Below, piece by piece: positions 40,325-52,012 of a stretch of 64,000 bases of DNA. The notes beneath the pieces were generated by a model. It searched no databases and was not told where the DNA came from. It worked only from the letters and a program-made list of their open reading frames with translations. Each line of letters opens with the position of its first letter. The first letter of the stretch is position 1. Made by a program: the position numbers and the translations under genes. This DNA comes from Myxococcota bacterium. Lineage in GTDB: Bacteria > Myxococcota_A > UBA796 > UBA2385. Location: assembly GCA_044344255.1 (NCBI GenBank), contig JBIJDH010000017.1, forward strand, positions 64,001 through 128,000, written 5' to 3'.

Positions 40325-41589
40325 GCAGACTCCATCGAGGCGGGCTCTATCGGGAGCAACAAGGTGACGGTGGTCCCCCGCACCGCGCGAGGCTGAAGGG
40401 TGATGTCGCCGCCGGTCGCGCGGGCGAAGGACCGTGCACCATAGAGGCCGAGCCCGGTGCCGCGTCGGTTGGGCCAGCTCGAGAAGAAGGGCTGACCGGC
40501 CCGCCGCAGCCCCTCCACCGTGGTGGGCGGGCCGCTGTCCTCCACCTCGATGCGTGCAAGCCCCCCCTCCTGTCGATATCGAATGAGGATAGGCTCCCCG
40601 GCGGTGCGGGCATTGTCCAGCACGGTCCACAAGGCGCTCCTCCAGCCTTCCTCTGTCCCTCGCATCCGCTGGGCCCTCTCCGCCTGGCTGTCCTCCCCGG
40701 ACGGCGGCCCCTCCATCTGAAGCTGCACCCGAGCCTCTTGGGCGGCGACCCAGTCCTCCACCCACAGCACGAGGCGCCCATTGACCCCCTCCACATGGCC
40801 CCCCGCCCCATCATCGCGGGTGAGCATGCGGTCGAGGATGGAACGGCATCGGCGGAGCTCGGCCTGGAGGAGCCCATGAGCCTCCCGACCCGGGGCGTCG
40901 TCCGGAAGGTCGAGGGCCATCTCCTCGGCGAGCAGCATGATGGCCCCGAGGGGCGTGCCCAGCGCATGGGCCGTCCCTCCAGCGAGGGTGCCGAGCGCCG
41001 CCAGCTTCTCGGCCTCGGCCCGCTCCGCCTGGAGATGGAGGAGCGCCTGCTCCCGGTCCCGCAGCGTGGCCGCGAGCCGACCGACAAACAGGGTGATCGC
41101 GACAGCACCGAGGTCGAAGGCGAGCACATGGCCGAGGACGTGGCCGGGAATGTGGTGGGCCTCGTCCACCGGCCCCGCCAGGAGCCCGGCGCCGAAGGTC
41201 GCGGATGCCTGGAGCACCACAGCCAGCGCCGTGGCGACGGCAGAAGCCCCCCGCGGCAGGACCACGGCGAGCAAGGCCACCCAGACGAGAAAGAAGGCCT
41301 GGAGCGGGCTCTGGGCGCCGCCTTGATAGACGAGGATGACCGTAAGCGCGATGAGGTCGACGGCCGCGGTGAGGAGAACGGCGCCCTCGCGTCGCCGCCA
41401 CGCCTGGCTCCAGAGCGGACCGAGTAGATCGAAGAGGCCAAGGAGGCCGAGGATGATGAGCACGGCCGCCGGCGCCTGCCGCAGGTTCGGGACGCTGAGC
41501 ACCAGGACGACGATCGCGGTGAGCACGAGGCCGCGCCGCAGGCGAGAGAGCCACGCGAGGGCGAGCTCCGGGTCGGTCGGGGCGGTCAT
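40321..41589 (-). CDS. regB: RegB/PrrB/ActS-family sensor histidine kinase
   Basis: Several TM helices with GGAQSPL (cf. RegB GGxxNPF); H-box ALGTLAGGTAHALGTPL; RCRSIL Cys; N and G boxes LDNA, EDSG, GQPFFS, GTGLGL. Confidence 0.87.
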   Translation of the reverse strand: MTAPTDPELALAWLSRLRRGLVLTAIVVLVLSVPNLRQAPAAVLIILGLLGLFDLLGPLWSQAWRRREGAVLLTAAVDLIALTVILVYQGGAQSPLQAFFLVWVALLAVVLPRGASAVATALAVVLQASATFGAGLLAGPVDEAHHIPGHVLGHVLAFDLGAVAITLFVGRLAATLRDREQALLHLQAERAEAEKLAALGTLAGGTAHALGTPLGAIMLLAEEMALDLPDDAPGREAHGLLQAELRRCRSILDRMLTRDDGAGGHVEGVNGRLVLWVEDWVAAQEARVQLQMEGPPSGEDSQAERAQRMRGTEEGWRSALWTVLDNARTAGEPILIRYRQEGGLARIEVEDSGPPTTVEGLRRAGQPFFSSWPNRRGTGLGLYGARSFARATGGDITLQPRAVRGTTVTLLLPIEPASMESA

Positions 41590-41632
41590 GGGCGGCGCGG
41601 TGGAGGGCAGAGTCGGGGGCACGGCGGCTGAC

Positions 41633-42442
41633 CTAACGCGGCGCCTCCGGGGCCTGACTGAACCCGGCGGCCAGGAAGATCCGCATGCCCTCGGCGCCGC
41701 GGCAGTAGTCGAGCAGGCTCGCGGCCTCGGCCGGGTGGGCCGAGCCGCTCGTCACGGCCATCGGGTAGACGACGCGGAGGTGGCTGCTGGGCGGCAAGGT
41801 GAACGCGACCCTCACGCGGGGCTCGACCTTCGCGTCGGTCGCATAGACGACGCCGGCCTCCGCCTCTCCGGTCGCGACCCAGCCGAGCACGGTCCGCACA
41901 TTGTCCCCGCTCACCACCCGTCCTTCGACGGCGGCCCACGCGCCGAGGCTGCCGAGGGCGGCGCGCGCGTACCGCCCCGCCGGCACGTTCTCTCCGGCGA
42001 GCGCGAGGTGGCGGATGGCCGGGTCGCGGAGGTCGGAGGCCGCAGCGACGGCGAGGCGCGACCCAGCGGGGAGCACGACGACGAGGCTGTTCCCGAGGAG
42101 GTCTCTCCGGGTGGCCTTGTCGATGAGGCCCCGCTGCTCGAGGTGGTCCATCCACTCTGCGTCGGCGGAGAAGAAGGCGTCGACCGGGGCCCCGGACTCC
42201 ACCTGCTTGGCGAGGCGCGAGGAGGCGTCGAAGCTGAAGCTCACCGGGGGGTTCCCCCGCGCGGTCCAGGCGGCGGCCACCTTCTGGAGAGACTCGGTGA
42301 GGCTGGAGGCGGCGAGCACGGTGAGCGTCGGGCCGCCGTCGGTCTGCGGCCCGGCGATCGCAGGCCCGGACCCGCGCGAGGCCGCGAGCCCAGTGACCAG
42401 GAGGAGGCCCGCGAGCCCGCGGAGGACGGATCGACGGGTCAT
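41633..42442 (-). CDS. modA: Molybdate ABC transporter substrate-binding protein
   Basis: AASSLT, SFDASSRLAKQVESGAPVDAFFSAD, NSLVV, VPAGRYA, NVRTVL, GVVYATDA, YPMA. Confidence 0.92.
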   Translation of the reverse strand: MTRRSVLRGLAGLLLVTGLAASRGSGPAIAGPQTDGGPTLTVLAASSLTESLQKVAAAWTARGNPPVSFSFDASSRLAKQVESGAPVDAFFSADAEWMDHLEQRGLIDKATRRDLLGNSLVVVLPAGSRLAVAAASDLRDPAIRHLALAGENVPAGRYARAALGSLGAWAAVEGRVVSGDNVRTVLGWVATGEAEAGVVYATDAKVEPRVRVAFTLPPSSHLRVVYPMAVTSGSAHPAEAASLLDYCRGAEGMRIFLAAGFSQAPEAPR

Positions 42443-42589
42443 GTGGGCCTACTCCCCGTCGCCAGTATCCGCGGGTGACGGGCTGTCGAGCGCCCGCCCA
42501 CCCGCCGCCTGCTTCGCGGGCGCCTTCAGTCCCGACGACCGGGCCCGCGCGCAATTCCAGGTTAGCGCCGCCACTCGCCGGGAGCCCGC

Positions 42590-46282
<3,693 letters not shown>

Positions 46283-46303
46283 GCCCGACGCCCGTCCCCT
46301 GGA

Positions 46304-46506
46304 TCAACCACCGACCTGGACGCCCCACGCCTTCACCACGTTCTTCGGGTCCGCGGTGGCGATGTGGAGCGCCTGGGCCGCGGGCTGGGGCTTGATGCCG
46401 ACCTGGAACGCGTAGTTCACGGGCGACTGGACCTCGTTCGAGGGATCGTCCGCGATCGACAGGTGTACCCCTGGTAGATGTCCAGGTTCCTACGATATTC
46501 CGGCAT
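46304..46506 (-). pseudogene. Gene remnant with frameshift, probably internally deleted
   Basis: GAGGA RBS plus ATG at 46506 gives MPEYRRNLDIYQGYT. A different frame then reads LSIADDPSNEVQSPVNYAFQVGIKPQPAAQALHIATADPKNVVKAWGVQVGG* (TGA 46306-46304) with strong G/C third positions. The 203-nt span is not a multiple of 3. Confidence 0.65.
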
Positions 46507-46678
46507 GTTGGCTCGTCCTCATCAGAGCACCATCGTACAACCGTCGCCCCGGCAGGCCGGGGAGGAGGCGGTCTTCGGGGTGACAGCCGGCGCCGAAACG
46601 CGCGGGTTATCCGATGGAGGCACGCGGCGATCCGGGCCCTCCCTTCGCCTGAAGCCGCCACCCGCCTCAGGTCGCGCC

Positions 46679-48841
46679 ATGCTGCTGTTCCTGCTCGCCT
46701 GCACCACCGAGCCGTCCCTCTCCGACGGGCGGCCGGGCCAGCCCGCCGGGGCCGCCCAGCGCGCCACAGAGGGAGACGGCGACACAGACGGGCTCCTCGC
46801 GAGCGCCGCGGCGGCCACCTGGACCGGGACCGGCATCAACGACCAGCTCGGCGCCGCGGTGGCCTTCGTCGGCGATCTGAACGGAGACGGCTTCGATGAC
46901 GTCGCCATCGGCGCGCACCACGACGACGTCACCATCGGCCGAGTGGCGATCGGCCGTGTCTTTATCTACCACGGCTCCGCCGCGGGGCCGTGGGCGAGCC
47001 CCGCGACGACCCTCACCGGCGAAGGTGACCAGGACCGCTTCGGCGTCGCGCTCGCCCCCGCGGGCGACGTGAACGGAGACGGCTTCGCCGACCTCCTCGT
47101 CGGCGCCACCGACTACTTCAGCGACCTCGCCGAGCTGGCCGGCTACGCCTCCGTCTTCCACGGCTCGGCGAGCGGGCTCGTCGAGGCGACCGCCCTCACC
47201 CTCTCCGGTGCCGAGGAGGGCGCGGCGCTCGGTGGGGCCCTCGCCGGGGCCGGTGATGTGAACGGCGACGGCTACGACGACGTCCTCATCGGGGCCAGCG
47301 GGATGGCCAACGGCGCCCTCGCGGGGGCGGGGCAGGTCACCCTGCACCTGGGCTCCCCCGCTGGGCTCGACCCCACCCCCAGCCTCACCCTCTCCGGGAG
47401 CAGCGCGGGGGAGGCCTTCGGCGCGGCGGTGGCGGGGGCCGGCGATGTCAACGGTGATGGATACGGCGACGTGCTCATCGGCGCCGACCAGCACGAGAGC
47501 GGCGGCTACCCGGAATGCGGGCGGGCGGCGGTCTACCACGGCTCCGCCGCCGGCCTCGACGCCGGCCCCACGCGCACCTACACCGGCGTGTACGGCAGCC
47601 GCCTCGGCGGGGCGGTCGCCGGAGCGGGAGACGTCAACGGTGACGGCTACGACGATGTCCTCATCGGCGCCCCCGGTCAATGGGCCGGCGCGGTCCCCGA
47701 GGTCGGGGAGGTCACGCTCTACCACGGCTCCGCCGCGGGGGTGGGCACCGCGACGGCTTGGCGGCTCACCGGCGACGAAGAGGGCGACAACCTCGGCTTC
47801 GCCCTCTCCCCCGCGGGCGACCTCAACGCCGACGGCTACGCCGACGTCGTGGTCGGCGCAGACGGCTCCGGGGCGGGCGGCGTCCCCAGCGCGGGCGCCG
47901 TCCTGGCCTTCCATGGGTCGGCGAGCGGCCTCGAGCCGAGCCCGGTCCGCACCCTCGGCGGCGGCGCCGAGGGGGACCACTTCGGCGCCGCGGTGTCGGG
48001 CGGCGGCGACGTCGACGCGGATGGCTACGACGATGTCCTCGTCGGGGCCTGGGCCTACAGCGGCCTCGTCAACGCCGGGGGGCAGGCGAGCCTGTACCTT
48101 GGCTACGCCGATGATGACGGCGACGGCGTCCTCGGCGACCTGGACTGTGACGACCACGACGCCGGCGTGGGGGCGGCGAGCGCGCAGGCGGTGGACGGCG
48201 ACGGGGACGGCTACGGCGGCCCCGACACCACCCTCGCCTGCCCCGGCGCGCCCGGCACCGCCGACGACACGCTCGACTGCGACGACAGCCGCGACGACGT
48301 CTCCCCCGCCGCCGCCGAGCGCTGCGACGGGGGCCCCACCGACAGCGCCGGCGGGACCGACGAGGACTGTGACGACCTCATCGACGACGACGATCCGAGC
48401 CTCGACCCGAGCAGCGCCAGCCCCTGGCACCCCGACGCCGATGGCGACGGCTTCGGCGACCCCACCGCTCAAAGGCTCGCCTGCGTGGCCCTGCCCGGTG
48501 AGGTCGCCGACGACCAGGACTGCGATGACGGAGACCCCGCGCGCCACCCCGGCGCCCCCGAGCGCTGCGACGCCGGCGACGACGACTGCGACGGTGAGAT
48601 TGACGAGGGGCTCGACTGCGACGGCGCGCCGGACAGCGGCACCCCCGCCGACGGGGAGGGCGGCGGGGGGGGCGACGGGGATGGCGACGGCGGCGCCGAC
48701 GGCGGCGAGGGCAAGGGCGGCTGCGCCACAGCGGGCCTCGGGGCGGCCGGCGAGGGGTGGCCGGCCGCCTGGGCAGCCTCAGCTTTGCTCGCGGCCCTCA
48801 CCCGCCGCCGCAGCGGCCGCGGCCCCTCGCTCAGGGGGTGA
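46679..48841 (+). CDS. FG-GAP (integrin-alpha-like) propeller + Cys/Asp MopE-type repeats, lipoprotein with MYXO-CTERM-like tail
   Basis: MLLFLLAC; seven GD(L/V)(N/D)xDG(F/Y)xD repeats; DCDD...PGAPERCD..DDDCDG repeats; GKGGCA, hydrophobic segment, RRR. Confidence 0.85.
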   Translation: MLLFLLACTTEPSLSDGRPGQPAGAAQRATEGDGDTDGLLASAAAATWTGTGINDQLGAAVAFVGDLNGDGFDDVAIGAHHDDVTIGRVAIGRVFIYHGSAAGPWASPATTLTGEGDQDRFGVALAPAGDVNGDGFADLLVGATDYFSDLAELAGYASVFHGSASGLVEATALTLSGAEEGAALGGALAGAGDVNGDGYDDVLIGASGMANGALAGAGQVTLHLGSPAGLDPTPSLTLSGSSAGEAFGAAVAGAGDVNGDGYGDVLIGADQHESGGYPECGRAAVYHGSAAGLDAGPTRTYTGVYGSRLGGAVAGAGDVNGDGYDDVLIGAPGQWAGAVPEVGEVTLYHGSAAGVGTATAWRLTGDEEGDNLGFALSPAGDLNADGYADVVVGADGSGAGGVPSAGAVLAFHGSASGLEPSPVRTLGGGAEGDHFGAAVSGGGDVDADGYDDVLVGAWAYSGLVNAGGQASLYLGYADDDGDGVLGDLDCDDHDAGVGAASAQAVDGDGDGYGGPDTTLACPGAPGTADDTLDCDDSRDDVSPAAAERCDGGPTDSAGGTDEDCDDLIDDDDPSLDPSSASPWHPDADGDGFGDPTAQRLACVALPGEVADDQDCDDGDPARHPGAPERCDAGDDDCDGEIDEGLDCDGAPDSGTPADGEGGGGGDGDGDGGADGGEGKGGCATAGLGAAGEGWPAAWAASALLAALTRRRSGRGPSLRG

Positions 48842-48909
48842 CGCGCTCAGGGGGGTGACGCGCTCAGGGGGGTGACGCGCTCAGGGGGGTGACGCGCTCA
48901 GGGGGTGAC
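48828..48909. repeat. 16/17-bp tandem repeat CGCTCAG(5-6)TGACG x5
   Basis: Copies at 48828, 48844, 48861, 48878 and 48895; no spacers; contains the stop codons of both convergent genes. Confidence 0.92.
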
Positions 48910-49578
48910 ACCCTCCGCGGGCGCGCCCTCCGCCTTCGGGCTGGCCCGCACCTCGAAGGCCGGCAAGACCTCGCGGGTCCGGCTCTGGCCGAACAGATTC
49001 ACGAAGGTGCGGTAGAGCCGGACGTAGGCGGCGTCGAATTGGACGCTCGCGAGGTCGAGCTCACGGCCGCGGGCGTGGCGGGCGCGGGTCGCGACCTCGT
49101 CCTGCACCGCGAGGGGCTGGAGGGCGGCGGTGGCGGCGGACAGGGCCGCGAGGTGGCCGGGGTCACCGTTGAGCTCGGGGTGACCGGGGAGCTTGAGCAG
49201 GAGGTCGGACATGCGGTTCGCCTGGTCCCCGTAGGGGAGCCGACAGAGGTCGGAGATGGCGAGCCCGCCCGTGAGGGCGGTCAAGCGGCTGACGAGGCTG
49301 CGCCCCCGCTCATCGCGGAGGCTGCCGGCCCAGCGGCGGGCCGCGTCGTCGAAGGCGACGTCAGCGCTGTCGGCTTCGGCGGAGGCCAGGGACGCCAGCG
49401 CCGCGGCCTCGCGGTGGGCGACGAGCGCCGCTGCCCAGGCCTCCGCCGAGGCGCGGAAGATGCGGGCCTCGGCGGCGCGCGCGTCCACGTCGGCGGAGGG
49501 GGCGGCGAGGAAGGCGTCTACGGCGCGGTGGATGGTGGAGCGTTCAGAGTGGGAGCGGGGTCGGACGCGCAGGGTCAT
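48898..49578 (-). CDS. Hypothetical Ala-rich, predicted all-alpha-helical protein (226 aa)
   Basis: GGAGG RBS before ATG 49578 (MTLRVRPRSHSERS...); amphipathic helical pattern; no signal peptide or recognised motif. Confidence 0.72.
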   Translation of the reverse strand: MTLRVRPRSHSERSTIHRAVDAFLAAPSADVDARAAEARIFRASAEAWAAALVAHREAAALASLASAEADSADVAFDDAARRWAGSLRDERGRSLVSRLTALTGGLAISDLCRLPYGDQANRMSDLLLKLPGHPELNGDPGHLAALSAATAALQPLAVQDEVATRARHARGRELDLASVQFDAAYVRLYRTFVNLFGQSRTREVLPAFEVRASPKAEGAPAEGVTP

Positions 49579-49736
49579 GGTCCCTCCAAAGGGGATGGGG
49601 TGGACAGGCTGTCGGGGCGAGGCCGGTGACCGACCGTCGGCCACCCTCGCGGGGTCGGTCTTTGCAACCCCCGTGCCGTCGTAATTCCAGTGACTTACAC
49701 GACTACACCTGTCCAAACTGTCCAATCTTCCGTCGA

Positions 49737-50030
49737 CGGTTTCGGTCACCCCCCCCTCCGAATGTCGGGCAGCGGGCCGATCGCGCGGCGGACCCCGCCT
49801 CGCTGGTCGAGGGGCCGCCGGAACGCGCGCCGGGGTCGCCCGCGACGGCCGCGGAGGGGCCTGTCAAGGCGGCGCGCTCCCCGCCGATGGTCGAGGTCGG
49901 GCCCAGGGGACCCTCCGCCGCGCCCCCGCGCGTCGAAGGGGAGCCCGATGGACCGTCGGGGCCGAGCCGGACCGGCGCAGCCGAGCCCGCACGCGCCGCA
50001 GCGCCGTCCCCGACGCGCGAGGGAGGGCCC
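49737..50030. repeat. Degenerate 42-bp-period array (6 full units 49779-50030 plus a weaker unit from 49737)
   Basis: Ungapped 42-bp register. Conceptual translation: DRAADPASLVEGPP / ERAPGSPATAAEGP / VKAARSPPMVEVGP / RGPSAAPPRVEGEP / DGPSGPSRTGAAEP / ARAAAPSPTREGGP. Confidence 0.72.
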
Positions 50031-50105
50031 GACGTTCCAAGGTGGCCCCCGCTTTGCCCTGTCGGCGGCGCCCAGAGCCGTGTAGGCTGCGCGACCGGAG
50101 GTGTA

Positions 50106-51404
50106 ATGGTCACCGCGCTCACCCTGTTCTCCATCTCCGCCCTGCTCGCCCTCTCGACGGGCCCCCGCGCTGAGGCCGGAAGCGTCTTCGCCACGGTGGA
50201 GGCCGAGACCACCCTCGGCCTCGGCGGCACCTGGTCTCGTGTGCACCCCTCTGAAGCGGGCTGGTGGTTCTTTCAGTCCGCCGGCCGGGACTACTGGGCG
50301 GAAGACCTCGACCTGGAGCTCGGCGGCTATGACGACCAGGCTCGCATCCAGCTCACCGAGCGGGGCGACCTCCAAGACGTCCAGGTGGAGCGTTGCCCCG
50401 ACGGCGGCTGGCTCGTCTTCGCGAGCGCCACCGGGGAGGGCGCCGACGACTCCGGCTTCGCCTTCCGCTTCACCGCCGACTTCACGCCCACGAGCCAGAT
50501 CACGATCGAAGAGGGGGCCACGGACCGCGCGCACAACGACATGGTCGGCCTCTGCACCGACATCGTCACTGGGGTGGCCTACACCAACCGCACGGGCGGC
50601 GGCTCGACCTTCTTCGACATCGAGGGCGACGCGGTGGGCGCCAGCCACACCATTGACTTCACCGCGATGGGGGCCTCGCTCTCGGTCCGGGAGTCGGACG
50701 GGCGCATCATCGGCGTGGACGTGCAGGGGCCGGCCAGCCGCGAGATCCGCATCACCACCTTTGAGACGGACTGGACGGTGGTGGATCGAATGGAGGTCAC
50801 CGTCCCCGAAGGCTACGCCTTCTGGCCCCAGCGCCTGCTCCCCTACGGCGACGGCTGGCTCGTCGCCTACCTCGCCCGCAACGACACGAGCGGCCATGGG
50901 GACGGCCCAGTCTGGGTCCTCGCGCTCGACGCCAACTTCCAGATCGTCGACAGCGTGCAGGTCACCACCGATGAGATGCCGGCCGGCCGGCCTTGGCTCG
51001 CCCGCAACGGAGACACGCTGGCGGTCTCCTATGATCGGGAGGTGCAGCCGCGCATCACGCTCGTCCGCCTCGCCTCGGGGAGCCTCCCCGAGGACGACGG
51101 CATCCCCGACACAGGGCCCGCGAGCGGCGGCGCGGAGGACACGGCCTCCGACAGCGGGAGCGACGGGAAGGGCTGCGGCTGCGCCGCCGCCGACACACCG
51201 ACGACCGAGGGCGGCGCGGTCCGCCCGCTCAGTCTCGGCGTGCTGGCCGCCGGCCTCCTCACCCTCGCCCGCCGCGGGCGATCCTATTCGGTCGGACCGC
51301 GCAGAGACGGAGACAATCAGCCGTCCCAGTGCACCAGGTGCAGGTCCTGGAACAGCCCCTCTTCTTCCGCGTCAAAGGCGGCCGAGAAGTTCACGCGAAT
51401 GTAG
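50106..51404 (+). CDS. Exported beta-rich protein with MYXO-CTERM-like sorting tail
   Basis: GGAGG RBS, ATG 50106, signal peptide, acidic linker, GKGCGC...LGVLAAGLLTLARRGR; 3' end overlaps the convergent gene. Confidence 0.75.
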   Translation: MVTALTLFSISALLALSTGPRAEAGSVFATVEAETTLGLGGTWSRVHPSEAGWWFFQSAGRDYWAEDLDLELGGYDDQARIQLTERGDLQDVQVERCPDGGWLVFASATGEGADDSGFAFRFTADFTPTSQITIEEGATDRAHNDMVGLCTDIVTGVAYTNRTGGGSTFFDIEGDAVGASHTIDFTAMGASLSVRESDGRIIGVDVQGPASREIRITTFETDWTVVDRMEVTVPEGYAFWPQRLLPYGDGWLVAYLARNDTSGHGDGPVWVLALDANFQIVDSVQVTTDEMPAGRPWLARNGDTLAVSYDREVQPRITLVRLASGSLPEDDGIPDTGPASGGAEDTASDSGSDGKGCGCAAADTPTTEGGAVRPLSLGVLAAGLLTLARRGRSYSVGPRRDGDNQPSQCTRCRSWNSPSSSASKAAEKFTRM

Positions 51405-51928
51405 TCCCGCTCAGCCATGGTCGGGCCCTTGCCCTCCGAGACACCGAGCTCAACCAGCGTGTCTCGAAACAGAGGATCATCCGGGTAACAGTACAACATC
51501 CCGATCTCTTCGAGCACCACCTGCTCTCCGAGGGCGCCGCGGATCCAGAGCTGATGCCGACCGTCTTGGTAGATCAGGCCTCGGTAGCGCTCCATCGCCT
51601 GGAGCAGCCGATCCCCCGGGAGCTCGACCGCGACGGAATTTCGAGGCTTCGGGAGCTGGCCTTTCGTCTTGCGGTCGGTCAGCTGGCTGTACAGCAGCTT
51701 GAGCGGCGCCGCGAGCGCCGAGACGAGGGCCCGGTGCACCGCCTCCATCCGCTCCGGCGGCAGGCTGATCACGAGCCGCGTGAAGCCGCCAGGCAGGAGC
51801 TCGGCCTTGAAGAAGGCCTGGGGCACAAAGCCATCCGCCTCCCCCTGAGCGGTGACACTCTCGGCCTTCGGGACGAAGCCGTTCGCGGGTGGGACGGGCG
51901 GGGCGGCGGGCGGCGGTGAGGCAGACAT
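51317..51928 (-). CDS. Hypothetical cytoplasmic protein
   Basis: Complex globular-looking sequence from MSASPPP to LHLVHWDG; the track's upstream extension overlaps dusB. Confidence 0.7.
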   Translation of the reverse strand: MSASPPPAAPPVPPANGFVPKAESVTAQGEADGFVPQAFFKAELLPGGFTRLVISLPPERMEAVHRALVSALAAPLKLLYSQLTDRKTKGQLPKPRNSVAVELPGDRLLQAMERYRGLIYQDGRHQLWIRGALGEQVVLEEIGMLYCYPDDPLFRDTLVELGVSEGKGPTMAERDYIRVNFSAAFDAEEEGLFQDLHLVHWDG

Positions 51929-52012
51929 GCCGGCGCGCAGTAACACTACCTCCCGGGCCTCGCTTGACGAGCGGCCGGGTGGAGGGCATGACGAGGGCCC
52001 CTCGGAAGAGCC

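Noticed and set aside
39806..40765. 319-aa version of the response regulator
   Set aside because: The extension lies inside the kinase gene; the receiver domain starts at 40324.
48828..48909. Possible CRISPR array
   Set aside because: Repeats are contiguous with no spacers, too short, and there are no cas genes.
49737..50030. 42-bp array as CRISPR or as N-terminus of ORF 49626-51404
   Set aside because: No invariant repeat/spacer alternation; the downstream gene has its own RBS, ATG and signal peptide at 50106.
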